A stretch of DNA of 64,000 nucleotides from an uncultured Bacteroidales bacterium (GTDB taxonomy: Bacteria; Bacteroidota; Bacteroidia; Bacteroidales; CAIWKO01), in the NCBI GenBank assembly GCA_964469155.1, contig CAYXXU010000006.1, forward strand, positions 7,591 to 71,590. The letters run 5' to 3'. Position numbers and translations under genes: made by a program. The notes under the pieces are model-generated. The model saw only the letters and a program-made list of their open reading frames with translations. It had not been told where the DNA came from and made no database searches. Of the stretch, positions 1 through 9,482 are shown piece after piece (positions within the stretch are counted from its first letter, which is position 1; each line of letters starts with the position of its first letter).

Positions 1-53
1 ATGCCGATGATAATTTTATTGTTGATCGAAAAGTTTATAATTTTTTCTATCAT
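1..53 (-). CDS. 5' end of CusA/CzcA family heavy-metal efflux RND transporter (runs off window)
   Basis: Reverse strand from ATG at 53 reads MIEKIINFSINNKIIIG, a typical CusA/CzcA N-terminus. It lies directly downstream of a DUF6660-like gene. Confidence 0.65.
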   Translation of the reverse strand, partial: MIEKIINFSINNKIIIG

Positions 54-176
54 AACCTGAAAATTAATAATTTAATAAGGAAAATAGTAAAGGGGATCAG
101 GTTGCTGAGAATGGAATATTAATATCCGGATTACGCTAAGTAATCTACGAACAAAGCAATGACACAACCTGGAAGC

Positions 177-500
177 TTATGATTGAATTTTAGGCGGTTG
201 CCAGATCATTACTGCAACTTCAGGCATTTTAGATTCAATGTAGGCAGTGAAACGAACATAAGGAATGGTTATGATGGACTGCAAATATAGTGGCAATGAT
301 ACCACTGTGTTTACCTGGCAGCAATTACAGAAACAAAAGGGGGAACATTTATGGCAGCAATCAGAATCATGATGCCCATCACACGTTCTTTCAGCATGAA
401 CAGAAGTTATCGAAAATTCGGAATGCTCTCCGTTATCCTGGCAAGGAAAGGCACAAAGACTAATAATGTAAAGGGCAAGAATGCAACTGAACCATTTCAT
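177..500 (-). CDS. DUF6660-like small Cys/His-rich exported protein
   Basis: Hydrophobic N-terminus ending PCQD, HHDSDCCHKCSPFC.CNCC motif, C-terminal IWQPPK; metal-efflux context. Confidence 0.7.
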   Translation of the reverse strand: MKWFSCILALYIISLCAFPCQDNGEHSEFSITSVHAERTCDGHHDSDCCHKCSPFCFCNCCQVNTVVSLPLYLQSIITIPYVRFTAYIESKMPEVAVMIWQPPKIQS

Positions 501-657
501 TGCTACAAAATTAAATAAAAATCTGAATTGAGTACCATGTAATTTGAAATTACAGGAAAACGAAAGTAAAAAAGATCAATAAAAAAGGTAAAAAACTTTT
601 TCAGATGTACCTAGTGCTTATGGAATAGTGATTCCTCCTACCAGGGAAGCGAACATG

Positions 658-951
658 CCTTTAAGGGAAGTCACCACTCCTTTAATAGTAGTCGCCACTC
701 CTTTAGGGGAAGTCGCCACTCCTGTATGAGTAGTCACCACTCCTTTAAGAGTAGTCACCACTCCTTTAAAGGAAGTCACCATTCCTTTAGGGGAAGTCAC
801 CACACCTTTAAGGGAAGTCACCACTCCTTTAAGGGAAGTCACCACTCCTTTAAGAGTAGTCACCACTCCTTTAAGAGTAGTCACTAATCCTTTAAGGGAA
901 GTCACCATTCCTTTAAGGGAAGTCACCACTCCTTTATGGGAAGTCACCATC
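658..951. repeat. Tandem array of 14 x 21-bp units, consensus CCTTTAAGGGAAGTCACCACT
   Basis: Units counted by eye at 658, 679, 700 ... 931, with substitutions but no indels. Confidence 0.95.
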
Positions 952-1129
952 CCGATCAGAACAACAAGTAAATGTTCATTGATTGCTATAAGAAACAGTA
1001 AAACTGCAATACACTCCTTCCTATCCTTTTTTGCAGTTATTTTGCATAGTGAATGATAAATGTCAGAAAATGATTGACCTTGTGGCAGAGTTTTTGACAT
1101 GACTTACGTGCTAAAATCAAATGAATTAA

Positions 1130-1339
1130 ATGAACACTTATATTTTTAAAACCAGTATCAATTGCAACAGTTGTCTTTCCCGTGTGAAACCTATTCTTGA
1201 TCAGGAAAAAAGAATTACTTCATGGGAAGTTGATCTGGATAATCCTGACAAGATTTTGAAAGTGGTTGCAGAAGATATTAAATCTTCTGAAATTATTGAC
1301 ATTGTTGACAACACAGGATTCGAAATTGAATTAATTTAA
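1130..1339 (+). CDS. Heavy-metal-associated (HMA) domain protein, CopZ-like chaperone
   Basis: 69 aa with INCNSC (CxxC) motif and HMA-like pattern. Confidence 0.85.
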   Translation: MNTYIFKTSINCNSCLSRVKPILDQEKRITSWEVDLDNPDKILKVVAEDIKSSEIIDIVDNTGFEIELI

Positions 1340-1364
1340 TAATCAAAAAATAAAAACTAAAATT

Positions 1365-1736
1365 ATGAAAACAAAAAATCTATTGACCTTTTCTCTGATG
1401 ATGACCATATTAATGATGGTCTCAGCCTGCGGTTTTTCACAAAAGAACACCAAAGAAATAAAGATACAAACCTCAGCCCAGTGCGGGATGTGTAAAGACA
1501 GGATAGAAGGAGCTTTTGCCTATGAAGCCGGTGTAAAAAAATCGACACTTGATCTGCAAACCAAAGTTCTAACTGTGGTATATAACCCGTCGAAAACCGA
1601 CGAAAATAAGATTCGTACAATCATTAACAATCTGGGTTATGATGCTGATGATACGAAAGCAAATATGGCTGCTTATGAAAAACTTCCGGCTTGCTGCAAG
1701 AAGCAAGAAGGTGATCACAGTAATTGCAAGCATTAA
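1365..1736 (+). CDS. Exported HMA-domain metal-binding protein (MerP-like, possible lipoprotein)
   Basis: Signal peptide ending VSAC, QCGMC motif, C-terminal LPACCK. Confidence 0.85.
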   Translation: MKTKNLLTFSLMMTILMMVSACGFSQKNTKEIKIQTSAQCGMCKDRIEGAFAYEAGVKKSTLDLQTKVLTVVYNPSKTDENKIRTIINNLGYDADDTKANMAAYEKLPACCKKQEGDHSNCKH

Positions 1737-1821
1737 TCCTGTATTAGTTTTAAGACTGGGGAAACCCTACAAGTAAAAGCTGACACTCTGACTATACAAT
1801 TCTATAGCAATTTACCCCCTT

Positions 1822-4257
1822 TTATTTAATCTTAAACCTCAATCCGGCATATATCAATCGTCCTGTAGTTGGCCCCCAGGTCATACCGGTATCGAAATGG
1901 GTATGATAGGGCAAAAAGGCTTCGGTGATAGGGTCTTTTTGTCTGAAGTTGAGCAGGTTTTCCACACCCAGGTAGCAATCGATTTCGTGCTTGAACCTTT
2001 TAGTGATCTGGGCGTTGAATATTGTATAAACAGGTGAATGGGTATAATCACGTTTCACTATACCAGGCATTTTAGTTTGATCACTAATGCGCGAGGGTCC
2101 ATTCAGTTGCACCGTTAAGTCGAATTTCCACTTCTCGAACCGCGTGGCATAGCTCATCGAAAGCAACCCCTTGTATTTAGGTGTAAATGCTTTGGTCTGT
2201 AATATACCCTGGGTGGTCTGCCTAACATCGTTTACTCTGAAAGCTGTCAGAATCGTGAAACTCTTCACGGGCTCGAAAGAAAATTGAATTTGGTAGCTGT
2301 TCGAGAACGACTTGCCGGCGCTATCATTCAGGTTATAGAAATTAGCAATGGCAGGATCCGTATCAAGATCCACCACTATCTGATTAAAGAAATCGGTACG
2401 ATAAACATCGATATCTATCTCGGCCTTTCTTTTTGCGATCTGAAATTCCTTCACCAGGTTCATACCATAATTAGCCGCCATTTCTTGATGGAGTGGACCT
2501 TGAATCTGTATTACCTTTTGTGAGGCGAGTATAGATAAATTTTCAGAGATGATATTGGCAGAGCGATAACCCAGTCCTGCCGAGGCGCGCAGGGTAAGAT
2601 TCTTTACGATCTGCCATTTTATATTGGTACGAGGAGTGAAAAATAAACCATAGCGGTTGCTGTAATCCGCCCTTAGACCCAATATCAAGGAAAACTTATC
2701 GACATGGCTGTAAGTATATTCAAAAAATGCACCTGCCACAGCTTCTGACCGGTTTAGTGAATAGATGACAGGATCTAACCTGGTGGAAGGCGACAAAGTA
2801 ACTACATCGTGCATGCTCACAGGGCTGCCTTGAGCTAACGTCTGGTAGATATAAGTGAATTGTATCTGCTTATAGTTCTCAATAAAGTCATCGTATAGGA
2901 AACTGGCCCCTGTAGAGAACTTATGGTTGGTGTTTCCGAAAATTGACGCATAAATAATATTACCATACAGGCTTTTTTCTATGCCCAGATAATGGTTCAC
3001 TCCAAAATAACCTTTTTGGTCATGGTATATTCCTGATAATATCACGCCCACACTCTTCCAGGGTTTACCGGGAAACATAAATCCGTTCTTCGAGAAAACT
3101 TCGGCACGGCTTGTCTTCATACCAAATCCATAAGGGAAGGTCATGCTGTTGATGGCGGCTGTATCCAGGTTAAAGGTTTTCTTGTCGAAATCAGTCGTTC
3201 CACCGTTTCTGTTCTCATACAAATATTTGATACCCATTTGCAAACAAAGTTTATTAGGGACAGAATAATCCCAACGATTAAAAACATTGATGGTGGATAA
3301 TTTGGGAATATCCAGAAAATTATCGGGTTTCTTCGAATAAACCTGATTCCCTTCACTGTCTTTGACCAGGCTCATATCATCCACATTCACTGCATTGATG
3401 GTCGTTGAATCAATTTTATTGATTTCCTTATTGAAATAATCGCCATGAAGCATTATCATGGTTGTGAGGCGTTCGCTCAGGTGAAAAGAAGCATTCAGGT
3501 TGGCCTCAATACGGGTTTTATCATTTCCGTAAATATTCACAAAGAACTTTTCAGAATGGGCAGGTTTTTTATATTCGATATTGATCTGTCCGGTCACTGA
3601 TTCATAACCGTTGATCACCGAGGATGTCCCTTTGGATATCTGAATAGACTGCATCCATGAACCGGGAATATAATTCAGGCCATAGGATGAAGCCAATCCG
3701 CGTATCAGCGGAATATTTTCGGTTTGAATCTGGCTGTAGATCCCGGATAAACCCAAGAGTTGAATTTGTTTGGCCCCGGTGATGGCATCGCTGTATGATA
3801 CATCGACCGAAGCATTAGTCTCGAAGCTCTCCGAGAGATTGCAACAGGCGGCTTTGTATAATTCGGTGGTAGTTACTATTTGTGTCTTGCGCGGATCCAT
3901 CTTCGATATATAGGTTCCATCCAGCTTATCATTTATTTCTACCTGTGACAGTTGCAGATTGCTTTGGGTCATTTCGTGAGTGATCTTCGATTCTAAGGTA
4001 GAAACCGGCAGTGTATCTGTCTTATAACCGAGCATGCTAAAGATGAGACGGTAATCGGTGATACCCTGCCAACTGATCTTAAATTTTCCGGATGCATCCG
4101 TCGAGGTGGCTTTGGAGGTGCCGTGCCAATATATGGTCACACCCGGTATTGGTTTTTTATCTTTGCTATCATAAATCACACCTGAAATGGATTGTGAAAA
4201 AGCTGCGGCAGTATTGATTAATATTAGAATAGCTGCAATTATTATCTTGTTTTTCAT
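1822..4257 (-). CDS. TonB-dependent receptor (metal-associated type) with N-terminal carboxypeptidase-regulatory-like domain
   Basis: Signal peptide, plug region AACCNLSESFETN, beta-barrel C-terminus GRLIYAGLRFKIK. Confidence 0.9.
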   Translation of the reverse strand: MKNKIIIAAILILINTAAAFSQSISGVIYDSKDKKPIPGVTIYWHGTSKATSTDASGKFKISWQGITDYRLIFSMLGYKTDTLPVSTLESKITHEMTQSNLQLSQVEINDKLDGTYISKMDPRKTQIVTTTELYKAACCNLSESFETNASVDVSYSDAITGAKQIQLLGLSGIYSQIQTENIPLIRGLASSYGLNYIPGSWMQSIQISKGTSSVINGYESVTGQINIEYKKPAHSEKFFVNIYGNDKTRIEANLNASFHLSERLTTMIMLHGDYFNKEINKIDSTTINAVNVDDMSLVKDSEGNQVYSKKPDNFLDIPKLSTINVFNRWDYSVPNKLCLQMGIKYLYENRNGGTTDFDKKTFNLDTAAINSMTFPYGFGMKTSRAEVFSKNGFMFPGKPWKSVGVILSGIYHDQKGYFGVNHYLGIEKSLYGNIIYASIFGNTNHKFSTGASFLYDDFIENYKQIQFTYIYQTLAQGSPVSMHDVVTLSPSTRLDPVIYSLNRSEAVAGAFFEYTYSHVDKFSLILGLRADYSNRYGLFFTPRTNIKWQIVKNLTLRASAGLGYRSANIISENLSILASQKVIQIQGPLHQEMAANYGMNLVKEFQIAKRKAEIDIDVYRTDFFNQIVVDLDTDPAIANFYNLNDSAGKSFSNSYQIQFSFEPVKSFTILTAFRVNDVRQTTQGILQTKAFTPKYKGLLSMSYATRFEKWKFDLTVQLNGPSRISDQTKMPGIVKRDYTHSPVYTIFNAQITKRFKHEIDCYLGVENLLNFRQKDPITEAFLPYHTHFDTGMTWGPTTGRLIYAGLRFKIK

Positions 4258-4353
4258 TTTTTGCCTTATTGGTTAAATGTTAGTTGACAGATTCCTTAAT
4301 GGGATCTGTAAAATTTAAAAAGTAACAGTTATGCTAAACCCTTTTAAAAAGAG

Positions 4354-4800
4354 TTAATAAGGCAAGGCAATTTTTATATTTTGAAAGAAATGAAGCAGTT
4401 TTGTGCCGAATAAAATAAGGGGAGGGGGCTGATAGTCGGTCAAAACCTTTATCTGTGTGATTTCAACCAGCTTTGTTTGAATCCATTGAGCGCCCGGAAG
4501 GCAATATAATACTTTGATAATGATGTTAGTTCTGAAGGTCTGACTGAAAAAAGTGGTGATGCGAGAATAAGTGAAATCATTTTTGCAGCATGGTATTTTG
4601 TCGATGGAATGCGAATCAGGCAAGGACGCAGGATGGAATGAAAGGCAGCATGATTCCACATTTCCAAACAGTTCAGGGTATAAGGCCACTTTAGTGGTGC
4701 CCGACATGCGGCATGAATGTCTCTGAAAAGATATGCCTGTAGTGCTGATGGCAAAAGCTATCAAACAAATTATAACAAGCGATTTCTTAACCAGGTTCAT
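4354..4800 (-). CDS. HYC_CC_PP-like protein
   Basis: HSC...SCC...PCCK...QPPP motif order; directly upstream of the TonB receptor; TATCTTTG promoter at 4818-4825. Confidence 0.7.
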   Translation of the reverse strand: MNLVKKSLVIICLIAFAISTTGISFQRHSCRMSGTTKVALYPELFGNVESCCLSFHPASLPDSHSIDKIPCCKNDFTYSRITTFFSQTFRTNIIIKVLYCLPGAQWIQTKLVEITQIKVLTDYQPPPLILFGTKLLHFFQNIKIALPY

Positions 4801-4976
4801 TTTTCTCTATTTAATTGCAAAGATACAATGATTTTCCGGAATTTCACTCTTTAAGATATCAAACTATATCTTCTAATGCCTTATAAAGGTAGAATGTTTT
4901 ATAGATGAAGAAGTATTGTAAATACTGTAAGGAGATTGTTTTGAGAAAGTTTCTTGCTATGTCAGGAAAAAGAAAA

Positions 4977-6179
4977 TTAGGTTATTGGATGTCCTTTGCC
5001 ACATCGGGGACAATAAGCCATATCCGCTGTAAAATCGGCAGGTATCTTAATTTTCATACCACAAGTGCAATTAATAAAAGTATAGTTATCGACCCTCATC
5101 ATAATATCATTCATATCGCGGGTAGTGGTTTTATTATCCATAACTTCGGCCGCAATTCCCATTCTCATTCCAATATCCTCATTCTTGCTCAGTTCGCCTT
5201 GAGGAATCACATTCTTTTTGCCGGTTATCTTGCTGAAAGCGTTTTGATAGTTAACCAAACCAGCCCCTCCTGACATTTCGCGCAGTATGCGGATACGTTC
5301 GGATATTGGGGGATGCGTGCTACTCAGATCAGACACCTTCATTCCCTTTTTCTTCAAAGGATTGCAGATATACATAGGAGCGGTTACCTTATTAGCCATA
5401 GGCATATCAATAGTTGAACCGGAAATCTTCTCTAAAGCAGAAGCCAGTCCTTCGGGATATCTGGTCAGGCGAACTGCTGAAGCATCGGCCAGGTATTCGC
5501 GTTTGCGCGAAATAGAGAAGTATAACAACTGGGCCAGAATCGGGGCCAGAATGGCAAACACCAAAGCGATCACCATGATGATGATCTGAGCCTGTCCACC
5601 CTCTTTTTTACCACCTCCTACTCCTCTAAAAAGCAAACTTCGCAAAAATATTTCCGAAATAATTACGATAGCTCCCAGCATCACACCGGCAAGGGTCATG
5701 AAACGCACGTCACGATTAATCACATGCGACATTTCGTGAGCCATCACACCCTGTAATTCGTCGCGGTTGAGTTTGGCAAGCAATCCGGCCGTAACGGCCA
5801 CAGCAGCTTTATCCGGACTCATACCTGTTGCAAAAGCATTGGGGGCATCGGTATTGATGATATACACCTTCGGCATTTTGTTCATGCCTGCCGCTATGCG
5901 CATTTCGTCGACCACGTTGAACAACTGAGGATGCACATCGGGAGTGACCTCCTTGGCATTGCTGGCAGCCAGCATGATAGAACTTCCTGCTGTCACGGCC
6001 ACCAACGACATTATAAACCAAACTGCCAATGCTATGATTATGCCGAAAATGGCTCCACTCCCATTACCTTCAGGATCGAATCCAAGTCCGATAACAAAAC
6101 CCAGCGCAATCAGTATGATTCCCATGATGACAAACAGGAAGACCGATTTGCGTTGATTGGCTTTAATGAGTTCCCACAT
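4977..6179 (-). CDS. htpX: M48 family zinc metalloprotease HtpX-like with C-terminal Zn-ribbon extension
   Basis: NAFATG, HEMSH (HExxH), SRKREYLADA and STHPP motifs; tail CTC...CPRC. Confidence 0.9.
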   Translation of the reverse strand: MWELIKANQRKSVFLFVIMGIILIALGFVIGLGFDPEGNGSGAIFGIIIALAVWFIMSLVAVTAGSSIMLAASNAKEVTPDVHPQLFNVVDEMRIAAGMNKMPKVYIINTDAPNAFATGMSPDKAAVAVTAGLLAKLNRDELQGVMAHEMSHVINRDVRFMTLAGVMLGAIVIISEIFLRSLLFRGVGGGKKEGGQAQIIIMVIALVFAILAPILAQLLYFSISRKREYLADASAVRLTRYPEGLASALEKISGSTIDMPMANKVTAPMYICNPLKKKGMKVSDLSSTHPPISERIRILREMSGGAGLVNYQNAFSKITGKKNVIPQGELSKNEDIGMRMGIAAEVMDNKTTTRDMNDIMMRVDNYTFINCTCGMKIKIPADFTADMAYCPRCGKGHPIT

Positions 6180-6197
6180 ATTCCAAAGGGTTCTAAC

Positions 6198-6755
6198 TTA
6201 TTGAAAACTTACTTTTGGAACTGCTTTTTCGGCCTGATCCTGTATTTCAAAGAATACTTCATCCTGGAAATTGAACATTCCGGCTATCATATTCGAGGGG
6301 AACACCTGTTTCTTGTTATTATAGAAAAGAACCGAATCGTTGTATGCCTGACGTGAATACGAAATTTTGTTTTCGGTTGAGGTCAGCTCTTCCTGCAAAG
6401 CCAGAAAATTCTGGTTGGCTTTCAGTTCAGGATAGGCTTCCACAGCCACCTGCAAGCGGCCCATCAAACCACCTAATACACCTTCGGCTTTTACTTTATC
6501 GGCAATGGTGGTGGCACTCATAGCATTGCTGCGAGCCTGTGTGATGGCTTCAAAAGTACCGCGTTCGTGTGTCATATAACCTTTTACGGTTTCGATCAGA
6601 TTGGGTATCAGATCATGACGACGTTTCAATTGCACATCAATTTGTGCCCATGCATTTTTTACCTGATTTCTTAACTGAATCAGCGAATTGTAAATTCCGA
6701 TAACCATAAATACCAGAATTACAATAATTCCAAGAACAATCCATAAAGCAATCAT
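6198..6755 (-). CDS. lemA: LemA family protein
   Basis: N-terminal TM, AWAQIDVQLKRRHDLIPNL, EAYPELKAN, FPSNMIAGMF. Confidence 0.95.
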   Translation of the reverse strand: MIALWIVLGIIVILVFMVIGIYNSLIQLRNQVKNAWAQIDVQLKRRHDLIPNLIETVKGYMTHERGTFEAITQARSNAMSATTIADKVKAEGVLGGLMGRLQVAVEAYPELKANQNFLALQEELTSTENKISYSRQAYNDSVLFYNNKKQVFPSNMIAGMFNFQDEVFFEIQDQAEKAVPKVSFQ

Positions 6756-6776
6756 AATTTTTCCTCCTGTTTTTTA

Positions 6777-7172
6777 TTAGTTTTTTAATTTATATTCGAA
6801 CATATCGTTCAATAATTGAACTACTTTATTATTTTTATCCATGCTCCCCAACGCAACCACCTGGTGAAGTTCACCTTGATCGAACCAGATGCCGTGGTCT
6901 TTACGGCATTTATCAACCAACACCTTTTTACCTTCACCCACAAATACTTTGTTCATTTTTTTGGTGCATTTGGGACAACGATATTTCTTTTCAGGGTTAT
7001 TGGCATCGACATGGAATGAATCGAGCAGTTTCTTCTTTTCTTGATTATCATCTAATAACAACTCCAGTTCACCTCCATCAAGCCATATTCCGCTGCACTG
7101 CTGACAATAATCTATCTCGATTTGCTGCAGTTCCAGCACCAGCATTGATTTTTTACATACCGGACAATCCAT
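6777..7172 (-). CDS. Double zf-TFIIB-like zinc-ribbon protein
   Basis: CPVC..EIDYCQQCSGIWLDGGEL and CPKC..VDKC..HGIWFDQGEL; promoter TACTTTTG at 7216-7223. Confidence 0.8.
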   Translation of the reverse strand: MDCPVCKKSMLVLELQQIEIDYCQQCSGIWLDGGELELLLDDNQEKKKLLDSFHVDANNPEKKYRCPKCTKKMNKVFVGEGKKVLVDKCRKDHGIWFDQGELHQVVALGSMDKNNKVVQLLNDMFEYKLKN

Positions 7173-7486
7173 AGTGTTTCGTTTGTGTTAAACTGTTGAT
7201 TGAAATTAATTTAGTCAAAAGTAATCATTTTATGTTTTGATAGCAAACTGTTCACAAAAATTAATTTTCAGAACCGGATTTTATCAGCTTTACAACCCTG
7301 CAATTTTGATGCTTTTATGAAAATACTGACAAAAAGTCCGAATTAAGGCTTGTCCCTGTTTATTCTGCCATAATTGCCTAATCAGGAATTGACCATTCCC
7401 ATTCTGTATTTTCGAGCCTGAAATATCCCGAAAGCAGTTAAATTTTCTTTTTGATTATTTACACTCAATTTTTTATTCGTATTTTT

Positions 7487-7717
7487 ATGAAAAATTTACC
7501 AATTAATAACAAAGCTATGAAAATTGCAGCCTGGATATCAGCAGCTATTGCCGCTCTTATGATCATTTTGGGAGTAATTAATTTTTCCCTGATCAATCCT
7601 TTGTTTGGGGTGACACATTCGTATAAGTTCTTTTACGTGGCCTCCACTTTTTTTCTGTCAGGAATTTTCTTCCTTCTGATGGAAGGAAATTGCTGCGAAA
7701 AAGATACGAAGAAATAA
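7487..7717 (+). CDS. Small two-TM membrane protein, unknown function
   Basis: Two hydrophobic segments and a charged tail; start uncertain (7487 or 7517). Confidence 0.5.
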   Translation: MKNLPINNKAMKIAAWISAAIAALMIILGVINFSLINPLFGVTHSYKFFYVASTFFLSGIFFLLMEGNCCEKDTKK

Positions 7718-7828
7718 TTCTGCAAGAGTCCTTTAAATTGTTACCATCACCAACATTAGCTGTTGTTGTATAAAGACAGCAGGGATGGATGCTTTATCAT
7801 AGACCAACAAAAACTCAATATTCTCAAC

Positions 7829-9376
7829 ATGTTTACCTCGACCGACCTCAAAGAAATTCAAAAGCGGGAGATCCCCCTCAGCCTCATCGAACAGCAGATC
7901 GCAAATTTCAAAGCGGGTTTCCCTTATATCAACCTGGATGCACCCGCCACCCTGACTAACGGGATGAAAAGATATAGCCCTGAAGCGATTCAGGAATTGG
8001 CCTCATTTTATAAGGACAATCTGCCTCATATTTCCACCCTGAAATTTGTTCCTGCTTCAGGAGCCGCCACGCGTATGTTCAGCCATTTGTTCGCTTTTCG
8101 CAGTGAATATAAGGCCACGCCGGAGCAAATTCAGCAGATACAGGAAGAGAACGGGTTCAATTCGGTGGCTTATTTTTTTAAGAATTTAACCCGGTTTGCT
8201 TTTTATGCCGACCTGAAAGCCGTGATGGAACAAAACGGAAAAAGCCCGGAAGCTTCTCTCGAACAACATGATTATAACACCATTCTCGATTTTTTGTTGT
8301 ACGAGCCCGGCCTTAATTATTCTGCTTTGCCCAAAGCCCTAATAAAATTTCACAAATATGACGACGATTCACGCACTGCCATAGAAGAACACCTGGTGGA
8401 AGCCGGCAACTACAGTTTTGGCAACGACCGCTCCGCCCATATTCATTTCACCCTTTCGCCCGAACATATTCAGAAGTTCAGGGACCTGCTGACCCAAAGA
8501 CAGCCAATGTATGAGGAGAAATTTAAAATTACCTATCGCATCACCCATTCCATTCAGAAACCCTCGACCGATACCCTGGCGGTGGATGAGAACAATGAGC
8601 CTTTCCGCAATGCCGACGGTTCGCTGCTGTTTCGTCCGGGAGGGCATGGGGCGCTGATCAACAACCTGAACGAGATCGAAGCCGACGTGGTTTTCATCAA
8701 GAATATCGACAATATTGTGCCCGACCGCCTGAGACCCGAAACCAATCTTTATAAAATGGCTTTGGCGGGTTGCCTTTTGAAACTCAGGAGCAGCATCAAT
8801 GAATTTCTGAAACTACTGGAAACTGGGAATCTGGCCGATAAGATCATCAACATTATCATCACTTTTGCCAAAACAGAAATGTCTCACAACTTCACCGATG
8901 CCTTTTATGGTGCAGGTCGCGAAGAAAAGATCATTTATCTTTTTAAGCTTCTGAACCGCCCTATTCGCGTTTGCGGCATGGTGAAGAACGAAGGCGAGCC
9001 CGGCGGAGGACCTTTCATAGTGCGCGATGCCGATGGCAGCCTCAGCCTGCAGATCATTGAATCGTCGCAGATTGATATGAACCATCCCAACCAAAAGAGC
9101 ATTGCTGCCAAAGCAACTCATTTCAACCCGGTGGACCTGGTGTGCAGTGTTAAGGATTACCAAGGAAATAAATTCGACCTCACCGATTTTGTGGACCCAT
9201 CCACAGGATTTATTTCGCTGAAGACCAAAGACGGCAAGCCGCTGAAGGCCCAGGAACTGCCCGGGCTTTGGAACGGAGCCATGGCCAAATGGAACACGGT
9301 GTTTGTGGAAGTGCCCATCATCACCTTCAACCCGGTGAAAACCGTTAATGATTTGCTACGGCCTGAGCATTTGTAA
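7829..9376 (+). CDS. DUF4301 family protein
   Basis: KFVPASGAATRMF, LFRPGGHGALI, RVCGMVKNEGEPGGGPF, ELPGLWNG, TFNPVKTVNDLLRPEH; start moved to MFTSTDL. Confidence 0.85.
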   Translation: MFTSTDLKEIQKREIPLSLIEQQIANFKAGFPYINLDAPATLTNGMKRYSPEAIQELASFYKDNLPHISTLKFVPASGAATRMFSHLFAFRSEYKATPEQIQQIQEENGFNSVAYFFKNLTRFAFYADLKAVMEQNGKSPEASLEQHDYNTILDFLLYEPGLNYSALPKALIKFHKYDDDSRTAIEEHLVEAGNYSFGNDRSAHIHFTLSPEHIQKFRDLLTQRQPMYEEKFKITYRITHSIQKPSTDTLAVDENNEPFRNADGSLLFRPGGHGALINNLNEIEADVVFIKNIDNIVPDRLRPETNLYKMALAGCLLKLRSSINEFLKLLETGNLADKIINIIITFAKTEMSHNFTDAFYGAGREEKIIYLFKLLNRPIRVCGMVKNEGEPGGGPFIVRDADGSLSLQIIESSQIDMNHPNQKSIAAKATHFNPVDLVCSVKDYQGNKFDLTDFVDPSTGFISLKTKDGKPLKAQELPGLWNGAMAKWNTVFVEVPIITFNPVKTVNDLLRPEHL

Positions 9377-9482
9377 TTAATAAAGGTCTGATTTCTTTGT
9401 GAATCTTTGTGCTTTTGTGTTTTGGTGGCAAAAAAAGAAACGCCACAAAGGCTCCAAGACTCAAAGAACACTCTAAGTATCA

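Noticed and set aside
618-1100. 160-aa heptad ORF as a confident gene
   Set aside because: Openness is explained by the repeat; the N-terminus looks non-coding and there is no supporting promoter or family motif.
4258-4353. Cobalamin riboswitch before the TonB receptor
   Set aside because: The gap is under 100 bp, AT-rich and has no B12-box; context points to metals.
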